IMG/VR virus record: IMGVR_UViG_3300037961_006825
Coordinates: 10,205 to 74,204 of that record
Strand: one strand, 5' to 3'
DNA from: a virus
Length of the DNA: 64,000 bases
Position numbers and translations under genes: made by a program. This document shows, piece by piece, positions 48,159-57,134 of the stretch. The notes beneath the pieces were generated by a model, which saw only the letters and a program-made list of their open reading frames with translations, did not search any database and was not told where the DNA came from. Position 1 is the first letter of the stretch, and every line of letters begins with the position of its first letter.

Positions 48159-49406
48159 TTATCCTACAAAGAAGAGTGGTGGATCTGCATCTCCTTGACC
48201 TGGAGTGCCTTCGTATAATTGTTGCTCTAAATCAGCTTTTTCTTGAAGACCTTCTTGCAATAGTCCATCGTTAAGCTGACCACCTCCAAATAATCCAGTA
48301 CCTTGATATTTACCTCTTATTCTACCAACAACAATTTTAGTTAATGCTAATGAATATTGGTAAACCCAAAGCTCTTTAATGACGTCTCTTATAGGTCTTT
48401 CAACATAACAATCTAACACACCATAAAATCTAACTGTATTATTATTAGACCCTGGTTGAGGGTACATCCTTAATATTTGAGTACGTGGATCAAAGTCAAA
48501 AGTTCTTTCTATAGCTAATAATTTTTCTCTCGTCTCTAACCAATTTTTTAATGTATACCATGATACTAAATCAAATCCATAATTACCCATAGCATAACTA
48601 AAATATGTCTGTTGAGCTAATGTTTGCTCAATTGTAAATAGTGTATTAATACCAGTTGTTGATCCTTCAGTAAAGTTTTTAACGTCTATAACTTTTCTAT
48701 AATCCATTAGATCATAATCAAAACTGTTAACCATTTCCATTGAATAATTATTAGCATCATTTCTAACTTCACCAAGTAAGGTTACATCATGAGGTACCGG
48801 TGCTTGGAAAAATCCTGTTAATATAACTGTATTAGATGACCCTATTTCGAAAGTTAAACCTAAAACTGCATTACCTATTGTAGCAAATTCTGAAGATTTT
48901 TCTACACTAATAAACTCTTGATACAATGGAGCAGGTATAATTTCATTTCTACTGATACCTCCGCTTAAGAACGTACCGCTTAAAGATGGTATTGATTGAA
49001 ATAAGGTACCGTCAATAGCTGATAAACACAAATAGTTTCTTGTTGAAGATAAATCGGTATATTTTGTAAAAGTAGGGTTAGTAATAGATCTTGTTTCAAG
49101 AAAACTCGATTCCTTTACATCAGTTGCATTTAATGAAAATAAAGTATCAAGTTTTATACCATAATTTTTACGATATAAATTACTATCAAATACAAGATAC
49201 TCTCTTGTATAACCTGCAAATTTAGTAAAATATTCAGTTGCTATACTTATATTTTCAAATAATTGATCTCTATGAATTTCAACATTTACTGTAGGATAAC
49301 CTAATGATCTAATTATCCTATCACCTAAACGATTAAATGAATCTATTCTATTATTCAGATTAGTACTCTGAAACCCTGATATTGGCGCTATAGTGCAAGT
49401 TGACAT
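48159..49406 (-). CDS. gp13: Neck protein, T4 gp13-like
   Basis: RSLGYPTVNVEI, WVYQYSLALTK, GRIRGKY, GG-x-LN; carries an internal insertion. Confidence 0.85.
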   Translation of the reverse strand: MSTCTIAPISGFQSTNLNNRIDSFNRLGDRIIRSLGYPTVNVEIHRDQLFENISIATEYFTKFAGYTREYLVFDSNLYRKNYGIKLDTLFSLNATDVKESSFLETRSITNPTFTKYTDLSSTRNYLCLSAIDGTLFQSIPSLSGTFLSGGISRNEIIPAPLYQEFISVEKSSEFATIGNAVLGLTFEIGSSNTVILTGFFQAPVPHDVTLLGEVRNDANNYSMEMVNSFDYDLMDYRKVIDVKNFTEGSTTGINTLFTIEQTLAQQTYFSYAMGNYGFDLVSWYTLKNWLETREKLLAIERTFDFDPRTQILRMYPQPGSNNNTVRFYGVLDCYVERPIRDVIKELWVYQYSLALTKIVVGRIRGKYQGTGLFGGGQLNDGLLQEGLQEKADLEQQLYEGTPGQGDADPPLFFVG

Positions 49407-49454
49407 ACATAATTATTTAATTAAAAAAGCGTTATCTTTCTATTAAATAATTAC

Positions 49455-49823
49455 ATGGCATATCCAATACCAAAATTATCAGATGCAGATGTACCTAATA
49501 CGTACGTTAATAGAAATAAAAACTTTCAGTTTGCACAGTATGCAACGAATACAGCCTATACTGAATTATCAGCTATCGAATGTAGTGAAGCTACTATTAA
49601 AAATTCTACCGGACAAACTTTAAATATTTTCGATGGATCACAATACGATAGGGGTTCAGATACTGAAATATATCAAGATTATAGAGCATTTGCATTAGAC
49701 TCAAATGAAAGTATGGTTTTCAGAGGTATTACAAGTACAAGTCAATTAAGTGCAAGAACCGCTTCAGGTGCCGGAACGTTTTATGTTAGAACTGCATTCT
49801 TTAGCAATTCAATCTCGACTTAA
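49455..49823 (+). CDS. Hypothetical late (virion) protein
   Basis: TAAATA 5 nt before ATG; FRGIT-x-x-x-QLSA motif. Confidence 0.55.
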   Translation: MAYPIPKLSDADVPNTYVNRNKNFQFAQYATNTAYTELSAIECSEATIKNSTGQTLNIFDGSQYDRGSDTEIYQDYRAFALDSNESMVFRGITSTSQLSARTASGAGTFYVRTAFFSNSIST

Positions 49824-49826
49824 TAA

Positions 49827-51545
49827 TTAAGTAGCAGGTTCAATAGGAGCAACTTCTGGAGCTGCATCAGCCCCTAATTCAGCAGGACCACCACCAAAGT
49901 CTGGAGGTGTCTCAGGATCAGTAGGTAATCCAGGTTGAGCTCCGCCTTGTAAAGGAGCAGCTGCTTCTTGATCTCTCCAATCAGGACCACCAGCACCAAT
50001 TTGCTGTAACTCCCATTGAAATTCTGCATCCTTACGTAAAAATTCTCTATTAGCTTTTATTTCTTGATCAGACCAACCAAGATATTTTTTCTGTGCATAT
50101 GTATTAGAAACAAACTCACCAGCTGCTAATTGATTATAGTTTGCAACTTTAAGTTCTAATTTTTGATTTTCTCTTAATTCATAAAAATTAGTAGGTACAT
50201 TAAATTCAATATGAACATTATTAGGCTTAATATCAAATTCTTCATATAAACCTTTTAATTTTAAATGAGTTAAGAAACCATTTTTAAGACCAGAAGCAAA
50301 TTGCTGTTGCATTCTAATAATAAATCTTGCAAATTTAAGCTCTTCTCTTAAAATTTCATTACCATCACTAAATTGACTATCAGGATTTAATCTATTAAGA
50401 GGTACTTTAAGAGCTTTATATAGCTTATTAACAAAATACATTAAGTCTGCTAACTCACCTAAATTACTACCTCCAGGTATCTGAGTTACTGATGTACCTT
50501 CTGATCCAGCTCTTTTAGCAAACCAGAAAGAATCAAGCATAGACTGAGGATTAAATTTTTGAACTTGACCAGATTGATTAGTATCAAATGTTTTCTTACT
50601 CCAATACTCAGCAACTAACTTTCTAAGATAAGCTTCTGCTTTAGGTGGAGCCATATTACCAACATCAACGTTAAATACTAAACGTTCTGGAGCTCTTACA
50701 AGCCTATATATAACAATTGCATCTTCTACTAACGAAAGCTGACGATATGCTCTTCTTGCATTTTCAATAAAAGGTAGTCTAAATGCTTTATCTTGATTCC
50801 ATATACCTGAATTAACATATGTTACTTGATTTTCATCCATAGGAATGAAATCAAACTTCATAATTTTTTCAGGCTTATTAGGATCAAAAATAGGTTTACG
50901 AAGAATATAACCTTTTATAATCATATTCTGAATATTATCGTAAATAGGATCAATTAAATCTGCTGGTAAAATTACTGAGCCTAAAATTCCTTCTTTAACA
51001 TGGCCACCGTGGATAATATGCTCAAAGTATACTTCACCTTCTATTAATAATTGTCTAAAATATTCAAAACCTTTTTTATCTAAATTAAAATAATCAATAT
51101 ATCGATTAAATTCTTCTTGTAAAGTATCTGCTACATTTTCATCTATATCCATATTTCTAAGATATAAATTAACAACATTTCCTTTTTCATCTATATTAAT
51201 ACACTCATCGCAAATTTCATCTAGTGCATCACTGATTTCAGAAAAAGCAGCCATGATTCTATAATCACGTAAACGACCGCCTTTGTTTTCTTCTATATTT
51301 GCATAAACTAACTTATTATAGTTTCCATCAACGCTAACATGTCCTGATGGATTACTATTAAAATCATTATTATAAAATATACTATTTTTTGCTAAAGCTT
51401 CAGTTCTATTCATTCCAACATCTTGAAATGAGCTATACTTTGGATTTAAGTCATTAATAACATTATTAAAATCTAAAGATTGATAAGGCAATTTATTTGC
51501 TATATTCTTAAAGAAACCACCGCTTTGTTGTTTTTCGTCAGCCAT
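49827..51545 (-). CDS. gp20: Portal protein, T4 gp20 family
   Basis: EDAIVIYRLVRAPER-x-x-F-x-VDVGNM, KAEAY, KLYKALKVP-x-x-R, REELKF. Confidence 0.97.
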   Translation of the reverse strand: MADEKQQSGGFFKNIANKLPYQSLDFNNVINDLNPKYSSFQDVGMNRTEALAKNSIFYNNDFNSNPSGHVSVDGNYNKLVYANIEENKGGRLRDYRIMAAFSEISDALDEICDECINIDEKGNVVNLYLRNMDIDENVADTLQEEFNRYIDYFNLDKKGFEYFRQLLIEGEVYFEHIIHGGHVKEGILGSVILPADLIDPIYDNIQNMIIKGYILRKPIFDPNKPEKIMKFDFIPMDENQVTYVNSGIWNQDKAFRLPFIENARRAYRQLSLVEDAIVIYRLVRAPERLVFNVDVGNMAPPKAEAYLRKLVAEYWSKKTFDTNQSGQVQKFNPQSMLDSFWFAKRAGSEGTSVTQIPGGSNLGELADLMYFVNKLYKALKVPLNRLNPDSQFSDGNEILREELKFARFIIRMQQQFASGLKNGFLTHLKLKGLYEEFDIKPNNVHIEFNVPTNFYELRENQKLELKVANYNQLAAGEFVSNTYAQKKYLGWSDQEIKANREFLRKDAEFQWELQQIGAGGPDWRDQEAAAPLQGGAQPGLPTDPETPPDFGGGPAELGADAAPEVAPIEPAT

Positions 51546-51558
51546 TGTAATTATTTAA

Positions 51559-52749
51559 TTAACTTTCTAAGATTATAAAGGTGTCGTTGCTACTATAAGT
51601 TTGTGATGTTGTTGTTTTACTTGATATTGCATAACCTGCAGATAATGTATAAGGTACAAATTGTATAGTTGGATTATATGGTTGTGATGTATCTAAAGCG
51701 CTTAATTGAAATGATATTGTATTTGAATTTATTACTGTATAGTCTATAGGGTGACCGGTAATAGATTTACCACTATAATTATTATCGCTACCGCTAACAA
51801 AATCTGTTATAGTAGATAGCTCTCTAGTAGAGGAATCAAAATATCGACCTGCATTAGTACTTAACAACATTCCATTAATTTTATCAAATCCTGTACCATT
51901 TAATAAAACATTATGACTTGCTCCGTTAGCATCCATTCTTGCTAAATTTGGAATTGTAAAGTTATTCAATAATTGAATACCATTATAAAATATAGATGTT
52001 ATATCAGGTTTACCAGATACTGAAATATTTTCCGTATCATTATAATTATGAGCTGATAGAGTTGAGTAATTATCGTATGTTTCTAATAATCTTTCATTAT
52101 AAAAATTAGCATCAATTTTGAATATGTTACCTTCACCATCTGCTGTATCTTTAAATAACCAACCTTTAATAGTAAACGATGTATCAGCTGTTACTCTAGC
52201 TTTTTGAGAACCATTTGTTTCTACTGGATAATCTAAACTAACATCTCCTGACCATAATACTTCACTTCTTATTTCTTGATCTTTAGCTAAAGCAAATTTT
52301 TCCGGAACTTTCCAAGATATAACTACATAAGGGTTACAAAAAGGAATAAAATTAGATAAAATCTGATCCATATCAGTTTGAAACTTAGTCATTATTGAAC
52401 AACTGATATTAATATTAATAGGTACAGGAGCTTTAACTTTCCTTGATATTAAGTCTTGTTGAGGTAAAGCGGTACCTGCATAATGAAATCCGTCTATCTT
52501 ATTAAAAACTCTACTCGTATCTCTAGATATACCTGTTATGTTTATTGCAACTGCAGGTAATGTCATAGTTTTATTCAAATTGACTAAATCGTAAAGTACC
52601 CTCTGCTTAGGAGCATAAACATATCTTACATTTATTTTATCTTGCTCTTCTCTGGCTTTATTAAATCTACCAATAACAATGTCGTCAAACGCTGCAACGA
52701 ACTGCGTTATCATATCTTTAATTTCGAAATAAAAAGGTCGGGCTTTCAC
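51559..52749 (-). CDS. gp15: Tail sheath stabilizer/terminator gp15-like with C-terminal extension
   Basis: FVAAFDDI, YAPKQR, LP, PVP-x-NI, DQILSNFIP-x-x-NP, FTIKGWLF. Confidence 0.85.
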   Translation of the reverse strand: MKARPFYFEIKDMITQFVAAFDDIVIGRFNKAREEQDKINVRYVYAPKQRVLYDLVNLNKTMTLPAVAINITGISRDTSRVFNKIDGFHYAGTALPQQDLISRKVKAPVPININISCSIMTKFQTDMDQILSNFIPFCNPYVVISWKVPEKFALAKDQEIRSEVLWSGDVSLDYPVETNGSQKARVTADTSFTIKGWLFKDTADGEGNIFKIDANFYNERLLETYDNYSTLSAHNYNDTENISVSGKPDITSIFYNGIQLLNNFTIPNLARMDANGASHNVLLNGTGFDKINGMLLSTNAGRYFDSSTRELSTITDFVSGSDNNYSGKSITGHPIDYTVINSNTISFQLSALDTSQPYNPTIQFVPYTLSAGYAISSKTTTSQTYSSNDTFIILES

Positions 52750-52753
52750 TTAA

Positions 52754-53254
52754 TTATTTATCCCAAGGAAACACCATCCAGTTGTCTGAATGAAAACTAT
52801 TTCCATAAAATCCATCATTGAATTTTGAATTATAACGTTTAACAAGAGCACAATAACGTATATCTTTTATTTTTTTAAGATGATTATTAAGATAGTAATT
52901 AATAGCTTTAAATGTATCACCTGAGTCATTAATATCATCTACTACTAATACTCTACCCCATACAGTCGGTTTTTGTATCATAGCAAATTTTTCTGTATCA
53001 GATTTAAATCCCATATCAGATAAATTTTTAATTAATTGTTTAAGTGTCTTGTTATCTTTATGCCTAGTATTAATACCTAAATTTTGTAAATTATAAACTC
53101 CTAATTTATAACTTAAGATAGTAGCAGGTATTAACCCACCTCTACCTAATCCTATTATAGTATCGAACTTAAAATCGTGCCAGCTTATTTCATCAATTAT
53201 ACGCTCAATTAAAAAATCTACATCTGACCATTTAAGTATAGTATTATTAAGCAT
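52754..53254 (-). CDS. Purine phosphoribosyltransferase (Gpt-like)
   Basis: GLGRGGLIPA, LVVDDINDSGDT, WMVFPW. Confidence 0.88.
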   Translation of the reverse strand: MLNNTILKWSDVDFLIERIIDEISWHDFKFDTIIGLGRGGLIPATILSYKLGVYNLQNLGINTRHKDNKTLKQLIKNLSDMGFKSDTEKFAMIQKPTVWGRVLVVDDINDSGDTFKAINYYLNNHLKKIKDIRYCALVKRYNSKFNDGFYGNSFHSDNWMVFPWDK

Positions 53255-53291
53255 ATATTAATTATAATATATAAAAGATAGAAATCAAGAA

Positions 53292-53840
53292 TTATTCACC
53301 ATACTTAAGATTTAGCTTTTTTCTTCTTTGTTTAGCTATAGTAATTTTTCTTTTATATTGAGGCTTATCCATTATTTCTAAAACTTGTTGTAAAGCTTTA
53401 CATTTATGGATAAAAGCTGAGTCCTTTTCAACTACTCTATGGATTACTTTACCTACTCCAAATTCTGGATATTGAGAGGTTGGTTCAATAGCATCAACCA
53501 TTTCTTCCAAATCACTTTTTATATTTTTTTGTAAATGAACTAAGTCCGTTCTATATAACCCCACTACTATAATTTCTGGATTTTCTGGTGTTACTTTGCT
53601 TTGTTCTGAATCGTAAATATAACCGTACGTTTTTTTATCTTCTTGATCTGATATTCCTGCTGGCATATATGGTACTCCTGTTTTTTGCGCATATGCTGTT
53701 GGTATATTTCCTTTAGCATATCCTGTTTTACTTTCATCTGGTATATATTTTAAATTCTTTCTATCTTTCTGTTGATCATATCCAATAGCACTTTGATTAA
53801 GAGATTCAAATAAATCAGTAAATTGTTCAACCTTCTTCAT
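53292..53840 (-). CDS. Hypothetical protein
   Basis: MKKVEQFTDLFE N-terminus. Confidence 0.55.
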   Translation of the reverse strand: MKKVEQFTDLFESLNQSAIGYDQQKDRKNLKYIPDESKTGYAKGNIPTAYAQKTGVPYMPAGISDQEDKKTYGYIYDSEQSKVTPENPEIIVVGLYRTDLVHLQKNIKSDLEEMVDAIEPTSQYPEFGVGKVIHRVVEKDSAFIHKCKALQQVLEIMDKPQYKRKITIAKQRRKKLNLKYGE

Positions 53841-53873
53841 ATATTATATTTATGTTCCTATAAATAATAGTAA

Positions 53874-54269
53874 ATGGATAAATTAGTCTCCTTCTTTAAA
53901 AACGCTCTCGAAAATTTTAACTTAGCTACTTTTGTATTAGCAGGCTTAGCAGCTTTGGTTGCTTTATGGTTAAATAGTCAATATGTATCTCAAGAAGTTT
54001 ATCAAAAAGATCAAGAAATTATTGCATTAAAGATTGAAAGTTTAGAAACTGAGACTCAAGCTTTACGATTTATGGCTCAAGCTAATCAAACTGAAATAAG
54101 AGAGTTATTACCTCTTATAGCTAAAATTGAAAATCTTATAGCTAATTTTATTACACCAAGTGGCGATGTTATTATAACTGAAAGTATGAAAGAAATGGAA
54201 ATTGATATTGCCGAAATAAAGAAAGATATCGAGTATATGAAAGCTCGTTTATGGCCTAACGATCAATAG
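53874..54269 (+). CDS. Membrane-anchored coiled-coil protein
   Basis: Single TM followed by coiled coil; TATAAATA box upstream. Confidence 0.55.
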   Translation: MDKLVSFFKNALENFNLATFVLAGLAALVALWLNSQYVSQEVYQKDQEIIALKIESLETETQALRFMAQANQTEIRELLPLIAKIENLIANFITPSGDVIITESMKEMEIDIAEIKKDIEYMKARLWPNDQ

Positions 54270-54727
54270 TAAATCTTTTCAAAAGCATCATATAATTTTT
54301 CTTCAAGCTCTCTAGCTTCAACTTCGAAAGGATTATCCCAATAAGCAGGACTTCTATCTGTTACATCCTTCTCAGTATAATCTAATTTTTTACCTGATAT
54401 ATTATCGAACTTATCTTGTCTAAAATGTATTAATTCATGAAAAAATGATTGTAATAAATACTTTCTTCTTTTTTCTATTTTACGATAACCGCTTTTTAAG
54501 CATAATTCCATCTCTGCATCTAGTTCATGCTTACTACTACCAAAATAATATCCCGAAGTAGTAGATTGTATACCTTTAACATCTAAATTATATACATGCG
54601 TTTTTCTAGTATTTTTATATTCATTAAGAATAAAGTTGCAGAAGTTTGATATATTTTTTTCCTTTATATCTAAATCTTTGAATAATTTTTTTAACTTACT
54701 ATCAAAACTAATATCTAATACAATCAT
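54263..54727 (-). CDS. HExxH zincin-like metallopeptidase
   Basis: FFHELIHFRQ...YWDNPFEVEAR. Confidence 0.7.
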   Translation of the reverse strand: MIVLDISFDSKLKKLFKDLDIKEKNISNFCNFILNEYKNTRKTHVYNLDVKGIQSTTSGYYFGSSKHELDAEMELCLKSGYRKIEKRRKYLLQSFFHELIHFRQDKFDNISGKKLDYTEKDVTDRSPAYWDNPFEVEARELEEKLYDAFEKIYY

Positions 54728-54733
54728 ATATCT

Positions 54734-54749
54734 ATTATATAAGAGTTCC
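54734..54749 (-). promoter_or_regulatory. GGAAC-N5-TATAAT promoter motif
   Basis: GGAACtcttaTATAAT, 6 nt before ATG 54727. Confidence 0.65.
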
Positions 54750-54767
54750 TCTTTATATTTCCGGAAT

Positions 54768-54794
54768 AAAAAAGCCGCTCTTTCGAACGGCTTT
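54768..54794 (-). terminator. Intrinsic terminator
   Basis: AAAGCCGTTC-GAAA-GAGCGGC-TTTTTT on the minus strand. Confidence 0.85.
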
Positions 54795-54815
54795 CAGTTT
54801 CGGGTAGGTGTTAAA

Positions 54816-55685
54816 TTATTTGTTACCTAAGTAGTACAATCTACGGCTTGATGTGCTTAATGAAATACCTTTACCTGATAGAGCTTGTGGAGCTCCATCT
54901 TCGTCAAATGCACCAGCTGTAAATACTGTACTAGCTCCACCACCGTTACCGCCATCATAATTTTCAGTGGTACCAGATAATGATAAAAATGTTCCTTTAG
55001 GACCCGCTCCTTGAACTGCTGATAATGCAAAATGGCCTTCATCATAACTACCACCGGTTGCTCCAGCTGGACCTGGTGTCTGGCCTTGCATTCTTGGAGA
55101 AGCTCTTCTAGCGCTATTAACAATCCACTGAGTTGAATGACCGTCTCCGTCTACTAAGGCTAATACCGATCCATGATAACCATTAGCAATTGCTAATTCT
55201 GCAAAATATTCAACCCCTGATTCACCGCCAAAGAACGCACTAGTAATGAATGCATCTGTAAGATTATGATTATTAGCTACAATCCCTGATACCAATACTC
55301 TATTTTGATTTGCATTTAACCCCGGGCCATGTACAGTTAAGTTTGGTCCATATGGATTACCTGTATTGTAGAATGAACCATCAGCTGATAGGTTGAATAA
55401 AAGTCTTGCTTTACTACCTGGACTGTTTACTGTAGGTACTCCTCCTGTATAACCTTCTGCGTGGTTAGCTTTATCCATATCAGTTAAAACTCCACCTGTG
55501 TATACTTTTAATACACTTAAACCAGCAAATGCAGTAACATCTACTGATGGTCCCCCGAAACCTGCTTCGGCTAATTCTACTGATTTATATTCACTACGCT
55601 GTAAAGGTTCACCAGCTCCTATATCGCCAGCTTTAATTTCATACTGAAAATGTTGTTTACCTAATCTTTTTAATTTAAAGTCCAT
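54816..55685 (-). CDS. Gly-rich late protein, probably structural (decoration-like)
   Basis: AATAAATA box and own terminator; G/S/A-rich. Confidence 0.55.
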   Translation of the reverse strand: MDFKLKRLGKQHFQYEIKAGDIGAGEPLQRSEYKSVELAEAGFGGPSVDVTAFAGLSVLKVYTGGVLTDMDKANHAEGYTGGVPTVNSPGSKARLLFNLSADGSFYNTGNPYGPNLTVHGPGLNANQNRVLVSGIVANNHNLTDAFITSAFFGGESGVEYFAELAIANGYHGSVLALVDGDGHSTQWIVNSARRASPRMQGQTPGPAGATGGSYDEGHFALSAVQGAGPKGTFLSLSGTTENYDGGNGGGASTVFTAGAFDEDGAPQALSGKGISLSTSSRRLYYLGNK

Positions 55686-55728
55686 GTAATTATTTATTGC
55701 TTTCTAGATTTATTTTCTACAATTATAA

Positions 55729-55971
55729 TTAATCTTCTGCGCTATACCCATATCCACTATAAGAAGGTGGTATATCATTTGTATCAACTTGAGGTATTTC
55801 TTCAACTACTTCTTCTTTCTTTTCAACTTTCTTCTTTGAAGTTACAAAAAAATCAGCAATTTGAGCTATAAGTTTCTTTTTAGTTAATCTTCTATCAAGT
55901 TCAATACCTTTAGTACGGCCTAACTCCTCTAGAGCGTTTTTAGATAATTTATTTAAGTCGTCGTTAGTCAT
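55729..55971 (-). CDS. Small protein with Rho-N/SAP-like helix pair
   Basis: LSKNALEELGRTKGIELDRRLTKKKLI. Confidence 0.6.
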   Translation of the reverse strand: MTNDDLNKLSKNALEELGRTKGIELDRRLTKKKLIAQIADFFVTSKKKVEKKEEVVEEIPQVDTNDIPPSYSGYGYSAED

Positions 55972-56081
55972 ATTAATATTTATAGTTTTTTAATTAAAAT
56001 TTTTATTTTTGCAAACTAATCAAAGCGCAAAAGCAAAGCGCGGATACTCTCGGAAGGTCTTAGATTGATATAAGTAATTGT

Positions 56082-56504
56082 ATGTACGAATATAAAGCAG
56101 TAGTAACAAAAATAGTAGACGGTGATACGGTAGATGTTGATATCGATTTAGGATTTGAAGTTTGGTTAAAGAATCAACGTATTAGATTATATGGTATTGA
56201 TACACCTGAGTCTAGAACATCTGATAAGACTGAGAAAGTTTTCGGTAAGTTAGCAGCATCTAAAGTTAAGGAATTTTGCCCAGTTGGTAGTGAAATAGTA
56301 TTAGCTACTAAAACTGACGACTCGCGAGGCAAGTATGGTCGTATCTTAGGTAGTCTAATTACTAAAGATGGGATTAATGTTAATGAATATCTTGTTGAAA
56401 ATGCATACGCAGTAGCGTATTTTGGGTTATCTAAAGCTGATATTGCTCAAAAACAGCTAGAAAATAGGCAAATTATTATAGATCGCGGAGAAGTCACGCT
56501 ATAA
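56082..56504 (+). CDS. Thermonuclease (SNase-like)
   Basis: IVDGDT, RIRLYGIDTPE, GKYGRILG. Confidence 0.88.
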   Translation: MYEYKAVVTKIVDGDTVDVDIDLGFEVWLKNQRIRLYGIDTPESRTSDKTEKVFGKLAASKVKEFCPVGSEIVLATKTDDSRGKYGRILGSLITKDGINVNEYLVENAYAVAYFGLSKADIAQKQLENRQIIIDRGEVTL

Positions 56505-56608
56505 TCTTAAATTTTTTTTACTGGATAGAGATATCTCTCTATTAGAATCTTACTAACCTTTAAAATTTTAAAGGAGAATTCACTCGAGATCTATATAAAT
56601 AGATTTCT

Positions 56609-56836
56609 ATGAATAACATAATATCATACATAACAGGCGGGCTAGAAGCAATCACTAAAGTCGGATTGGCACTAGTATCGATCAGCATATTAGCTGAAAT
56701 ATTATTCGGTAAAGGTGCTCTTTTTGGAGCAGACGTTATCGGAAATGTAACATCAATCGTAGCCTCGATTGGAGGACAAAACGGATTAGTTGGACTAATC
56801 GCTTTGTTTGTATTAGTTGGGCTATTGAAAAAATAA
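56609..56836 (+). CDS. Small hydrophobic membrane protein
   Basis: Two TM helices; late box and terminator. Confidence 0.7.
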   Translation: MNNIISYITGGLEAITKVGLALVSISILAEILFGKGALFGADVIGNVTSIVASIGGQNGLVGLIALFVLVGLLKK

Positions 56837-56864
56837 ATCCATATAATCACCGGTAAGTATGGTA

Positions 56865-56892
56865 AGCCGCCTCCTTGAGGCGGCTTTTTTTT
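56865..56892 (+). terminator. Intrinsic terminator
   Basis: AAGCCGCCTC-CTT-GAGGCGGC-T8. Confidence 0.88.
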
Positions 56893-56913
56893 AAGATAAA
56901 TATATTAAATGGT

Positions 56914-57120
56914 ATGGTATCGATCAGACGAATATGTGCAGGCCCAGGTAAAAAATCAAAAACATTAATTTGGTTTTCAAAAGATCTATACTATATATGG
57001 CCAACTAACGATTATGAACATGCAGAGATACTTAAAATTTTTAAACAAGATAAACCGCATGAAGGTATTTTAAATGACTTTAATCAACACTTTGCTCCAT
57101 TGTTTAACCAAGAGAAATAG
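56914..57120 (+). CDS. Hypothetical protein
   Basis: Start re-called to ATG 56914 because the track start lies inside the terminator. Confidence 0.5.
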   Translation: MVSIRRICAGPGKKSKTLIWFSKDLYYIWPTNDYEHAEILKIFKQDKPHEGILNDFNQHFAPLFNQEK

Positions 57121-57134
57121 TATTAAATAATAAT

